64,000 nucleotides of DNA from [Enterobacter] lignolyticus SCF1. GTDB taxonomy: Bacteria; Pseudomonadota; Gammaproteobacteria; Enterobacterales; Enterobacteriaceae. The number at the start of each line of letters is the position of its first letter. The first letter of the stretch is position 1. Both the position numbers and the translations under genes were made by a program. The notes beneath the pieces were generated by a model. The model searched no databases. It was not told where the DNA came from and saw only the letters and a list, made by a program, of their open reading frames with translations. Shown here piece after piece: positions 28,231 through 37,511 of the stretch. The DNA is taken from contig NC_014618.1 of assembly GCF_000164865.1 (NCBI RefSeq), forward strand, positions 661,753 through 725,752, written 5' to 3'.

Positions 28231-29409
28231 CGGGCCTGTACATAAATTTGTGTAATTACCTGATTTTGATATGTTCAATCCAACATCAAAAGCAGGTTAA
28301 TTTATGGACGAAAAACAGTTGCAGGCTCTGGCTAACGAACTGGCCAAAAATCTCAAAACCCCTGACGATCTCAGGCAGTTCGATCGCCTGCTCAAGAAAA
28401 TCAGCGTTGAGGCAGCTCTCAACGCTGAAATGTCCCACCACTTCGGCTACGATAAAAACCAGACCCGGATCACCGGCATGGATAACCAGATCCTGTCGCT
28501 GTACGCCAATGACCACCCGCGAGATAGCGGCTGCGTTCAAAGAGCTGTATGACGCTGATGTCTCACCGGTGCTGGTATCGAAAGTGACTGATGCCGTTAT
28601 GGAACAGGTAATCGAATGGCAAAACCGGCCACAGGATGCGGTGTACCCCATTGTTTATCTTGACTGTATCGTCCTGAAAGTCCGGCATGACAGTCGTGTT
28701 ATCAACAAATCTGTGCTCCTGGCGCTGGGCATCAACATCGAAGGCCAGAAAGAACTACTGGGTATGTGGCTGGCCGAAAACGAGGGCGCGAAGTTCTGGC
28801 TTAACGTACTGACAGAAATGAAAAATCGCGGACTAAACGATATCCTCATCGCCTGTGTTGACGGACTGAAAGGGTTCCCGGATGCTATTAACACAGTCTA
28901 TCCGGAGGCAAGGATCCAGCTGTGCATCGTGCATAGGGTGCGTAACAGCCTGCGGTTCGTCTCCTGGAAGGACTACAAAGCCGTCACCCGCGACCTGAAA
29001 GCCATCTATCAGGCTCCCACGGAAGAAGCAGGTCAGCAGGCTCTGGACGCGTTCGCCGCAGCCTGGGACAGCCGCTATCCACAGATAAGCCGCAGTTGGC
29101 AGTCGAACTGGGCCAACCTGGCGATGTTCTTCGCTTACCCGGCAGATGTCCGCAAAGTCATCTACACGACCAATGCCATCGAGTCGCTGAACAGCGTAAT
29201 CCGGCGTGCCAGCAAAAAGCGTAAGGTGTTCCCGACGGATGACTCAGTGAAAAAGGTTGTGTGGCTGGCAATCCAGGCGGCCTCACAGAAATGGACGATG
29301 CCGCTGCGGGACTGGCGTATGGCCATGAGCCGCTTTATTATCGAGTTCGGTGACCGCCTGGACGGCCACTTCTGAGAAAAGGCATTTACACAGGATCGTG
29401 TACAGGGTC
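28231..29409 (+). mobile_element. Degenerate IS256-family insertion sequence (about 1.18 kb; internal deletion and frameshift)
   Basis: The ends are imperfect terminal inverted repeats, GGGCCTGTACATAAATTTGTGTAA (28231-28254) and its partner at 29386-29409 (rc GACCCTGTACACGATCCTGTGTAA). They flank an IS256/mutator-family transposase reading frame. Confidence 0.7.
28304..29375 (+). pseudogene. IS256-family (mutator-type) transposase, disrupted
   Basis: The N-terminus MDEKQLQALANELAKNLKTPDDLRQF... and the C-terminal ~330 aa (MTTREIAAAFKELYDADVSPVLVSKVTD...CVDGLKGFPDAIN...TTNAIESLN...) match IS256-family transposases. They are split across two frames near 28510, and about 40 aa are missing between GYDK and NQTRIT relative to intact family members. 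Confidence 0.75.
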
Positions 29410-29415
29410 CGCCAT

Positions 29416-30201
29416 TTACGACATCACCGTCTGGTACAACAGTTTATTCAACGTATGGACATCATCTTCCCGGCTATCCGGCAGGATGGGCGGGATCTCG
29501 CCTCGCGCCAGTTCTGCACGGATAAACGCATGCAGTCGCGGACGACGCGGACCATATTCCGCTTCACCCGCCCGCCGTTTGTGTACCAGCAGTTCATCGA
29601 TCTCCTGACGCAGCGGCGCATCCAGTTCACTTCCCGCCAGCAGTTCAGCAAAGCGCATCGGCGGTACACCCTTACCCGCTTCCACCCAACGTACAGCCAG
29701 CAGCGGGCGCAGCACATAGAAGTATTTTTTCAACCGCACGTCCTCGCCCTGCAGGTAGCCGCGAAAGTTTTTCCGCGCCATCGAATAGTAGTGCCAGCGC
29801 GCACGAAGCGGTGAGAACCATTGCGGGACCAGCGCCTTCAGCGCCGCGACCGTCTTCTCTTCCTGCTGATAGACGACCGGCGAATCCAGCCACTCGATTA
29901 GCGTCGGGTTCGCCCCTTTCAACAACCCCAGGGCTTTGCGCCATTCCCAGCCACAGACGTCCAGTTCATCGTCTATGGGCAGTTCGATCACGTCCCGTGA
30001 CGCGTTTACCCGCAGATACCATTCCGGCGGATGGACGTATAAAAACCGCACATCGTAATCGCTATCCGGCGAGGCGAATCCCCAGCCGCGACTACCGGAT
30101 TCGCAGGCATACAGCACCCTGACGCCAAAGCGTTCCTCCACTTCTTTAAGCTGCCGCGATACCCGCTCGCGCATCGCGGCGCTGACTGCATTTCCGGTCA
30201 T
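29416..30201 (-). CDS. RtcB-associated predicted nucleotidyltransferase
   Basis: 261 aa with an N-terminal nucleotidyltransferase-fold motif (YACESGSRGWGFASPDSDYDVRFLY). It lies 4 nt downstream of rtcB in the same operon. Confidence 0.6.
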   Translation of the reverse strand: MTGNAVSAAMRERVSRQLKEVEERFGVRVLYACESGSRGWGFASPDSDYDVRFLYVHPPEWYLRVNASRDVIELPIDDELDVCGWEWRKALGLLKGANPTLIEWLDSPVVYQQEEKTVAALKALVPQWFSPLRARWHYYSMARKNFRGYLQGEDVRLKKYFYVLRPLLAVRWVEAGKGVPPMRFAELLAGSELDAPLRQEIDELLVHKRRAGEAEYGPRRPRLHAFIRAELARGEIPPILPDSREDDVHTLNKLLYQTVMS

Positions 30202-30205
30202 TTTT

Positions 30206-31432
30206 TTATCCTTTTACACACACGACCTGCCGCAAGGTGTGAACCACCTCCACCAGCGAAGCCTGCGCCGCCATAACGGCATCAATGTCTTTGTAAGCCA
30301 TCGGAATTTCATCGATCACCTCGCTGTCTTTCCGGCATTCAACATGGGCAGTTGCGCGGATGTGATCGGCCACGGTGAAACGTTTTTTGGCCGCTGTCCG
30401 GCTCATGGTTCTTCCGGCGCCATGACTACAGGAGCAGAAACTCTCTTCATTCCCCAGTCCGCGCACGATAAAACTTTTTGCCCCCATTGAACCGGGGATA
30501 ATCCCCATCTGGCCTTTCTGCGCCGAAACCGCGCCTTTACGCGTCACCAGCACCTCTTCGCCAAAATGGTGTTCTTTCTGGACATAGTTGTGATGGCAAT
30601 TCACCGCCTCTTGTTGGGTCATAAACGGTTTGCTGACGATACGTGACAGTGCCGCCAGCACGCGGGACATCATCACTTCCCGATTTTGCCGGGCGAAATC
30701 CTGCGCCCACTCCACCGCTTCAATGTAATCGTCATAATGACGACTCCCTTCCTGGAAATAGGCCAGGTTTCTGTCCGGCAGGTTCGCAATATGCTGCTGC
30801 ATATCCTGCTGCGCCAGCGTGATAAACACGTTCCCGATGGCATTCCCCACGCCACGGGAGCCGCTGTGCAGCATCACCCATACGCGTTGTTGTTCATCCA
30901 GGCACACCTCAATAAAGTGGTTGCCGGTTCCTAACGTTCCCAGATGCTGATGGTTATTGGTTTTCAGCAACTGCGGGTATTTATCGGTCAGGCGTTTAAA
31001 ACGCGGCGCCAGTTGCCCCCAGTGAGCACTCACTTCTTCCGGCGGTGTTTCCCATGCGCCTTTATCGCGACGGGAACGCGTATTGGTGCGCCCATGTGGC
31101 ACCGCCTGCTCAATCGCGCTACGCAGCCCGTTGAGGTTATCCGGCAAATCGCCAGCCAGGAGCGAGGTGCGCACGGCTATCATGCCGCAGCCAATATCCA
31201 CCCCTACCGCCGCAGGAATAATCGCCCCTTTGGTCGGGATAACGCTGCCAATGGTTGACCCTTTGCCGAGATGCACATCCGGCATCACTGCCAGATGTTT
31301 AAAAATAAACGGCATTTTCGCCGTATTCAGCAATTGCTGGCGCGCCTCAGGTTCCACAGGGACCCCGTGGGTCCACATTTTCACCGGCGCCGCGTTTTGC
31401 GACGCCAAAAGCTCATACTCGTTATGCGGCAT
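30206..31432 (-). CDS. rtcB: RNA-splicing ligase RtcB
   Basis: 408 aa, highly similar throughout to E. coli RtcB as I remember it (MPDVHLGKGSTIGSVIPTKGAIIPAAVGVDIGCGM, HNYVQKEQHFGEEV, GSMGAKSFIVRGLGNEESFCSCSHGAGR). Confidence 0.9.
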   Translation of the reverse strand: MPHNEYELLASQNAAPVKMWTHGVPVEPEARQQLLNTAKMPFIFKHLAVMPDVHLGKGSTIGSVIPTKGAIIPAAVGVDIGCGMIAVRTSLLAGDLPDNLNGLRSAIEQAVPHGRTNTRSRRDKGAWETPPEEVSAHWGQLAPRFKRLTDKYPQLLKTNNHQHLGTLGTGNHFIEVCLDEQQRVWVMLHSGSRGVGNAIGNVFITLAQQDMQQHIANLPDRNLAYFQEGSRHYDDYIEAVEWAQDFARQNREVMMSRVLAALSRIVSKPFMTQQEAVNCHHNYVQKEHHFGEEVLVTRKGAVSAQKGQMGIIPGSMGAKSFIVRGLGNEESFCSCSHGAGRTMSRTAAKKRFTVADHIRATAHVECRKDSEVIDEIPMAYKDIDAVMAAQASLVEVVHTLRQVVCVKG

Positions 31433-31436
31433 ACTC

Positions 31437-32564
31437 TTATCCTTTAATATTCACTAAGCCGTGCAGAACCTGGTCCAGACCACCGAATACCGATATTTTA
31501 TCGATACGTTCCGCCACTCTTTCGAGGGTTTCCAGCTCTTTTAAACGCAGCGCCACCGGATTGTTTTCCATCACTTTTGCGGTGTTCAACAGCGAACGCG
31601 TCGCCGCAGTCTCTTCACGTCGGCGGATCACGTTGGCCTGCGCCGATTTCTCCGCTTCAACCAGACGGGAGAGTATGGTTTTCATATCACCCGGCAACAC
31701 GATATCTTTCACCCCTAGCGAGGCCACCTCGATACCATAAGGCGTCATACGGTTTTTCACCTGTGCGCTCACCACGTCGTCAATGATCTGCTTATCTTCC
31801 AGCAATTCATCCAGGGTTCGCGTTCCGACGGCCTCACGCAGGGCAAACTGCAATTCACGGTAGAGGTGATCCAACGGTTTGGTGAGCTGCGCAAATGCCT
31901 GTAACACATCGCTATAGCGCCAGTTCGCCGCCAGATTCAGACGCAGATTGACCTTATCCTTGGTCAAAATCTCTTGCCCACCCACTTCCAGCACCTGTAA
32001 GCGGGTATCCACCACTTCCACGTCAACCAGATGATTGACCTTCCAGTACGCCGTCAGACCTGGCGGCAACAAAGCCTGCGTCTCGCCATCAATTTTCAGT
32101 ACACCCGCATGCCAGGCGGGAACCTGCACGGCGAGCATCGCATCACGGCCTTTTACGGCGCCACTGCGTCGTGGTTGCAGCACCGCATTCATCACCCCGG
32201 CAGGTACCTGAACCTGACGGGTATCCATTCGTACCAGTTTCAGCGCCTCGTCAGCCCGCCAGTACAAACGGCGTGTTGAGGGCGGTACGATCTCCTGCAA
32301 CACGTCGTTCATGTACAACGCACCCACTTCGGCATCGGTTAAATCCACTGCCAGGCTGTAACGCGCAACCCACTCAGGCTGAAAGCGACGTAAGTACTCT
32401 GCCAGCGTTTCCGGTACTTCACTGCCATCCAGATTAACGACGAGCACCTGCGGCGTGCTGAACCACGGCAGACGGTGTTCTCCGGCCTCCAGAACCTGAT
32501 AGTAGTCGCCATTTTTAGCCAGTAACCCTAACTGGCCTTTACGTATAGTGATTTTCTTAGCCAT
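31437..32564 (-). CDS. SPFH/band-7 (stomatin-prohibitin-like) domain protein encoded first in the rtcB operon
   Basis: 375 aa. Its central region is band-7-like (beta/alpha with a long helix ...ILSRLVEAEKSAQANVIRRREETAATRSLLNTAKVMENNP). It is immediately upstream of rtcB with a 4-nt spacer. Confidence 0.5.
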   Translation of the reverse strand: MAKKITIRKGQLGLLAKNGDYYQVLEAGEHRLPWFSTPQVLVVNLDGSEVPETLAEYLRRFQPEWVARYSLAVDLTDAEVGALYMNDVLQEIVPPSTRRLYWRADEALKLVRMDTRQVQVPAGVMNAVLQPRRSGAVKGRDAMLAVQVPAWHAGVLKIDGETQALLPPGLTAYWKVNHLVDVEVVDTRLQVLEVGGQEILTKDKVNLRLNLAANWRYSDVLQAFAQLTKPLDHLYRELQFALREAVGTRTLDELLEDKQIIDDVVSAQVKNRMTPYGIEVASLGVKDIVLPGDMKTILSRLVEAEKSAQANVIRRREETAATRSLLNTAKVMENNPVALRLKELETLERVAERIDKISVFGGLDQVLHGLVNIKG

Positions 32565-32873
32565 AACTTTTTTCCTTTTAAAAAATCAGATGCGGGTGCA
32601 GAGGCGAAGCCACAGGGGAATTCCTTTTTGCCTGCGACACGGCGACATTACCGGCTACCTGTCTTTGGGAGGTTAACCATCCAACACCCCGTTTTTACTT
32701 CTTTGATTAACAACCAGTTTCATTGGGAGTATGAATCGGGAATCGAACCCATTGTTCAGGTGTCATCGGTTGACGGAACACATCGGGAATACAGCCTGTG
32801 CCGTTCCTGAGGTGCCGGCGGGGTTCAACCCCCTGCGCTTTCAACGTATTGACAGAAAAGTTATTGCCAGAAG

Positions 32874-32890
32874 CGTGCCAGGAACAAAGA
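32874..32890 (-). promoter_or_regulatory. Sigma-54 (-24/-12) promoter for the SPFH-rtcB-nucleotidyltransferase operon
   Basis: The minus strand reads CTGGCACGCTTCTGGCA. Against TGGCACG-N4-TTGCW it has correct GG/GC spacing and one mismatch. It is divergent from rtcR, which encodes a sigma-54 activator, and about 300 nt upstream of the first operon gene. Confidence 0.6.
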
Positions 32891-33014
32891 TTTGCAAAAT
32901 AATTTACTATTTAATTGATTTATAATGAATTATTTTTTATCCGGAGATTAAGGATTGCGGCGCTGAGTAGATTTTTTTATCTTTATATATCGATATTTAT
33001 CCTGTGAGATAAAA

Positions 33015-34586
33015 ATGAAAAAACGGCGGGTGGTGATTGGCGTTCTGGGGACGGTGCTGGACAGGCGAGGCAAACGGACAAATCGCTTTAAAAAATGGCG
33101 GCCCACGGTCGGCCTGTGCCAACAACCAGATATGCCGGTCGATCGTCTGGAGCTCATCCATCAACCACACGATGCCGGGATGTGCCAGCAACTGATTGAG
33201 GACATCAATTTACTCTCACCGCAGACGGCAGTGCGTTCGCATGCCATTGCCATCTCAGACCCGTGGGATTTTGAAGAGGTCTACGCCGCATTTCTCGATT
33301 TCGCCACTCACTACGACTTTGATACCGAAAACGAAGAGTATCTGGTGCATATCACTACGGGGACTCACGTTGCGCAGATATGCTGGTTTCTGTTGACGGA
33401 AGCCCGCTATCTGCCAGCCAGCCTGTTGCAAACCGGCCCGGCCGTCAGGGGTGCCACGGAGGAGGCGATCCCTGTGGGTATCTGCTCGGTGATCGATCTC
33501 GATTTAAGCCGCTATACCACGCTCACCAGCCGCTTTCAGCGCGAACAGCAGCAGTCGGTTTCTTTTTTGAAAGCCGGTATTGATACGCGTAATGCCACGT
33601 TCAACAAGCTGATTGACCGTATAGAGCGCGTGGCGCTGCGTTCCGGCGATCCCATTCTGCTGACCGGTCCCACCGGGGCGGGTAAATCCTTCCTCGCCAG
33701 GCGTATTTACGAGCTTCGCCAGTCCCGGCACCTGGTTGCCGGAAAACTGGTCGCCGTAAACTGCGCCACTCTGCGCGGCGACAACGCCATGTCCACGCTG
33801 TTTGGTCATGTGAAAGGCGCTTTTACGGGGGCGCTGACACCCCGTAGCGGTCTTTTACGTGAAGCCGATGGCGGCGTGTTATTTCTCGACGAGATCGCCG
33901 AACTGGGGCTGGATGAACAGGCGATGTTGCTGAAAGCGATTGAGGAAAAAACCTTTTTCCCGTTCGGTTCGGATAAAGAAGTTCACAGCGATTTCCAGTT
34001 GATTGCGGGAACCCACCGCGATATGCCGCAGTGGGTCGCAGAGGGGCGTTTTCGTGAAGATCTCTATGCCCGTATTAACATGTGGAGTTTTGCCCTGCCC
34101 GGACTTGCGCAGCGACGGGAAGATATTGCCCCCAACGTGGAGTTTGAACTTCAGCGTTTTTCCAGCAGTCAGCAGACCCAGATTCGTTTCGATAAAGAGG
34201 CGCGTGAACGCTATCTGACGTTTGCCTGTTCAGCGCAGTCGCAGTGGCGCGGTAACTTCCGCGAGCTGGGTTCATCCGTTGCCCGCATGGCAACGCTGGC
34301 CGAACAGGGACGCATCACGACAGACCTTGTTGACGAAGAAATTGCCTTACTGAAGGCGAGCTGGCAGGTCACGCCATCGCAACCAGCACTGGAGATGGAG
34401 ATTGACCTTTTCGATCGCCGCCAACTGGAAACCGTGCTTGAAGTGTGTCGTCGTAGCACGTCATTGTCGGAAGCCGGTCGTGAACTGTTCGCGGTTTCCC
34501 GTCAGAAGAAAACCAATCCCAACGATGCAGATCGCTTACGTAAGTACCTGGCGCGTTTTGGAATGCGCTGGGAAAATCTCAAATAA
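33015..34586 (+). CDS. rtcR: Sigma-54-dependent transcriptional activator RtcR (CARF-like N-domain, AAA+ domain, HTH)
   Basis: 523 aa, similar to E. coli RtcR as I remember it (GPTGAGKSFLARRIYELRQ, ESELFGH-like GAFTGA, C-terminal HTH). It is divergent from the rtcB operon. Confidence 0.9.
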   Translation: MKKRRVVIGVLGTVLDRRGKRTNRFKKWRPTVGLCQQPDMPVDRLELIHQPHDAGMCQQLIEDINLLSPQTAVRSHAIAISDPWDFEEVYAAFLDFATHYDFDTENEEYLVHITTGTHVAQICWFLLTEARYLPASLLQTGPAVRGATEEAIPVGICSVIDLDLSRYTTLTSRFQREQQQSVSFLKAGIDTRNATFNKLIDRIERVALRSGDPILLTGPTGAGKSFLARRIYELRQSRHLVAGKLVAVNCATLRGDNAMSTLFGHVKGAFTGALTPRSGLLREADGGVLFLDEIAELGLDEQAMLLKAIEEKTFFPFGSDKEVHSDFQLIAGTHRDMPQWVAEGRFREDLYARINMWSFALPGLAQRREDIAPNVEFELQRFSSSQQTQIRFDKEARERYLTFACSAQSQWRGNFRELGSSVARMATLAEQGRITTDLVDEEIALLKASWQVTPSQPALEMEIDLFDRRQLETVLEVCRRSTSLSEAGRELFAVSRQKKTNPNDADRLRKYLARFGMRWENLK

Positions 34587-34740
34587 GGGAATTGAGTATA
34601 ATTTGTTTGAATAATCCCCCTCCGCGCGATAAATAATAACTATGGTCAGGTTCGATCCTGACCGGTTTATAACAAGCAAACACCCCATACGTGCAAGGAA
34701 AACAGCAATATGATCCTACCTACGTAATGTGGACACAGCT

Positions 34741-35442
34741 CTAAGCGAGGTTCTGGTTTTCAAATTGCTCCGGGCTTAGACCGCCGCACGCACTGTGGCG
34801 ACGCCAGCGATTGTAGTCACACTCAATATAATTAAACACCGTCGTCCGCATTATTTCTCTGCTGGTAAAGTGTTCTCCGTGAATACATTCCACTTTCAGC
34901 GAATGAAAGAAGCTTTCCACACAGGCATTGTCATAACAGCAACCTTTTGCGCTCATGCTCCCCCGCAGATTATGGCGTTTCAGTAACGTCTTATAATCCG
35001 CTGAACAGTACTGACCACTGCGGTCCGTGTGAACAATGACATTTTCCGGACGTTTACGCCGTCAGAGCGCCATTTGCAGTGCATCGCAGACAAGTTGTGC
35101 TGTCATACGCGACGACATTGACCAGCCGATGACAGCACGCGACCACAGATCTATGACCACCGCCAGGTATAACCAACCTTCATCTGTACGTAAGTAGGTG
35201 ATATCACCTGCCCACTTCTGGTTTGGGCCACTGGCGTAAAAATCCTGTTTCAGCAGGTTCTCTGACACGGGCAAGCCGTGCTCACAGTAACTGACCGGAC
35301 TGAACTTGCGGGCCGCTTTCGCCCGCACTCCCTGACGACGCAGGCACCAGACATACCAACCGCTGCGGGCAACCCGAAGCACCCGGCACATGGCTTTGAC
35401 GCTGAACTCTGCCCGGTGGTTTTCGATAAAGACATACTTCAT
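34741..35442 (-). pseudogene. IS3-family transposase OrfB (DDE integrase core), interrupted
   Basis: Two fragments carry the IS3 OrfB N-region ([34 protein letters not shown]) and C-region ([24 protein letters not shown]). They are not joinable in one frame. Confidence 0.7.
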
Positions 35443-35738
35443 TTCAGGCGCTTCGCGAAGTATGTCGCGGCCTTTTGGAGAATGGCGAGTTCCTCAGCCT
35501 GCTCCGCCAGTTGCTGCTTGAGGCGTGCATTTTCAGCAGCCAGTTCACTTTCACGCTCCGACGAGGTCATTTGTTGATGTTGTTTGCTGGGCCTGGCATA
35601 AAGCTGAGATTCATAGAGACTAAGTTCACGGGCTGCGGCAGCCACACCAATACGCTCAGCAAGCTTCAGGGCTTCATTGCGAAATTCAGGTGTGTGCTTC
35701 TTACGTGTTTTTTTGCTGGTTAATGCTGGTTTTGTCAT
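35439..35738 (-). CDS. IS3-family transposase OrfA (HTH)
   Basis: 99 aa with a typical IS3 OrfA N-terminal HTH and a leucine-zipper-like C-terminus. Confidence 0.7.
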   Translation of the reverse strand: MTKPALTSKKTRKKHTPEFRNEALKLAERIGVAAAARELSLYESQLYARPSKQHQQMTSSERESELAAENARLKQQLAEQAEELAILQKAATYFAKRLK

Positions 35739-35932
35739 GAGTTACCTCTGGTTGAGAGTTTACTCACTTAGTCGCGTGTCCACTATTCGCGGGTAGGATC
35801 AATTGACTGTTACTAGAAGTCCAGAGACAAAATCCATGAATTGTTCACCGCCTTTTTATCGCCACTCAAAAAAAGATAACAAAAAGGCCACTCAGGAGAG
35901 TGGCCTAACTGTATGTATTTAATACTTAAATT

Positions 35933-35979
35933 TGGTGGCCCCTGTTGGGTTTGAACCAACGACCAAGCGATTATGAGTC
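35933..35979 (-). repeat. 47-nt 3' fragment of a tRNA-Ile(CAU)/ileX-like gene (anticodon loop to CCA); att-type repeat of the integrative element
   Basis: The minus strand reads GACTCATAATCGCTTGGTCGTTGGTTCAAACCCAACAGGGGCCACCA. This matches the 3' two-thirds of tRNA-Ile2, as I remember ileX (GACTCATAATCGCTTGGTCGCTGGTTCAAGTCCAGCAGGGGCCACCA), with compensatory T-stem changes. No 5' acceptor strand (GGCCCCT) follows, so it is not a complete gene. Confidence 0.6.
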
Positions 35980-36103
35980 ATAAAATAGGCATGTTTCTAA
36001 TCGTTCGCTATTGACGCTTATTGTATTTTTAATTGTCTATAATCAATCGGTTATGATGTTGTTTTTGTTTCTGATTGGTTGTCTCGTCTCCCCATTGTAC
36101 TAT

Positions 36104-36153
36104 CGTTACCTGACCCATTACCTGACCCAAAATGGGCATCGGGTCAGGTAACG
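36104..36153. repeat. TTACCTGACCCA motif cluster (two direct and one inverted copy) between the att repeat and int
   Basis: CGTTACCTGACCCATTACCTGACCC...GGGTCAGGTAACG has 13-bp perfect inverted arms. The same 12-mer recurs at 41433-41444 and as a 7-copy tandem array at 63880-63963. Confidence 0.6.
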
Positions 36154-36176
36154 CTTATCCTTAGAAAGGTAACCTC

Positions 36177-37511
36177 ATGGCCGCTAATCTTACCGAGACT
36201 GCTATACGCGGATTGAAGACAAAAAGCACGTCGTACTACGTGTGGAACAATAGTGCTCAGCGTGGTACCGGCAGGCTTGGCGTTAAGGTTCAGCCTTCAG
36301 GCAGCAAAGTTTTTTATTTCCGTTACTACGTTGAGAAAGGGAAGAAAGAGAAATTCATTCAGTTGGGCATCTGGCCTGAGATGAAACTGGTGACGGCCAA
36401 TGAGCTGGCGAAAAAATATGGTGCCTGGCTTATTGAAGGAAAAGAACCTCAGCAAGAGCTTGAGCAACAGCGCCTGGCCGAGCAGCACATCATGCAGCTT
36501 CATCGCTCGCAGGGCTCGTTTAAAGAGCTGGTACATGGCTACGTTAACAAGATGAAGCTCGACAATAAGCGGACCTGGGCCGATGTTCTGAAGCGTCTTG
36601 AAAAAGAGTGCTATTCAGTCATTCCTCGTGAGACCAAAGCGAAAGATGTCACGCCCTTACAGATCAAAACGATCTTGTCAGCCATTATCCAGCGTGATGC
36701 GGTGGTCCATGCAAACCGAATTCGTTCCTATCTGATGGCGGCATTCAACTACGGGCTTAAAGCCGATAACGATCCGATGAATACTAGCGTGGGCATTACG
36801 TTTGGGCTTGAAGTTAATCCGGTATCGGCTATACCGAAGCAGTCCTCAGCGGAGAAAGTCGGTGATATATGGCTAACGCTGGAAGAACTACGAGTCGTCA
36901 TGGAGCAGTTCGCTAAGGCAACTAACGTTGGGCCTTTGATGCAGCATCTCATCCGATTCTGTGTTTATGCGGGCGGGCAGCGTCCATTCGAAATGATTGC
37001 CAGCCAGTGGAGCGCGATTGACTGGCAGCAGAAGACGTTGCTGGTTATTGCCGATGTATCGAAAAACAAGCGTGAACACCTGATCCCGCTGACTGAATCG
37101 GCGTTACAGGAATTAGCCTCAGTGAAAGAGTTGACTAAGGAAAGTAACAGTCCCTACATCTTCCCACTCTCGACTAACGGCGAGCGACCGGTGCGCACCG
37201 ACAGTCTGGCGCGTTCCATCATGTATTTCAGAGCTTTTAATCCTGAATTTAAAGTATTCACAGCGCGAGATTTACGTCGGACCTGTAAAACGTTAATGGG
37301 GGAAGCAGGGATCAGCAAAGAGATCCGCGACCGTATCCAGAATCACGCTTTGAATGACGTCAGCTCGAAACACTATGATCGTTATGATTACTTACCTGAA
37401 AAGCGCAGGGCGCTTGAGATCTGGGAAGATAGGGTCAACAACTATCAGCGACAGCAGGAAAATAACGTTGTGAACTTGTTTGGACGGAGGCAAGAGCTTG
37501 GCAAAATATGA
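36177..37511 (+). CDS. int: P4-type (tyrosine recombinase) integrase
   Basis: 444 aa. It has an N-terminal arm-binding domain and a C-terminal catalytic domain (R..HxxR..Y motifs: LRRTCKTLMGEAG, HALNDVSSKHYDRYDY). It is adjacent to the tRNA-fragment att repeat. Confidence 0.85.
   Translation: MAANLTETAIRGLKTKSTSYYVWNNSAQRGTGRLGVKVQPSGSKVFYFRYYVEKGKKEKFIQLGIWPEMKLVTANELAKKYGAWLIEGKEPQQELEQQRLAEQHIMQLHRSQGSFKELVHGYVNKMKLDNKRTWADVLKRLEKECYSVIPRETKAKDVTPLQIKTILSAIIQRDAVVHANRIRSYLMAAFNYGLKADNDPMNTSVGITFGLEVNPVSAIPKQSSAEKVGDIWLTLEELRVVMEQFAKATNVGPLMQHLIRFCVYAGGQRPFEMIASQWSAIDWQQKTLLVIADVSKNKREHLIPLTESALQELASVKELTKESNSPYIFPLSTNGERPVRTDSLARSIMYFRAFNPEFKVFTARDLRRTCKTLMGEAGISKEIRDRIQNHALNDVSSKHYDRYDYLPEKRRALEIWEDRVNNYQRQQENNVVNLFGRRQELGKI

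Larger units (their letters stand above)
34728..35785 (-). mobile_element. IS3-family insertion sequence remnant (orfA intact, orfB disrupted)
   Basis: The terminal inverted repeats are TGTGGACACAGCTCTAAGCGAGG (34728-34750) and rc TAGTGGACACGCGACTAAGTGAG (ending at 35785). Inside are orfA (35439-35738; helix-turn-helix, [24 protein letters not shown]) and orfB integrase-core fragments (35062-35442 and 34741-34956) separated by a stop and frame break. Confidence 0.7.

Noticed and set aside
32819-32833. GGGGTTCAACCCC as a plus-strand tRNA T-arm
   Set aside because: It is an isolated short hairpin with no surrounding tRNA structure. It is kept only as a note within the rtc leader finding.
35933-36010. 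A complete tRNA gene on the minus strand
   Set aside because: Only the 3' 47 nt (anticodon loop to CCA) match a tRNA-Ile(CAU). The complementary 5' acceptor strand (GGCCCCT) and the D-arm are absent, so it is an att-type fragment.
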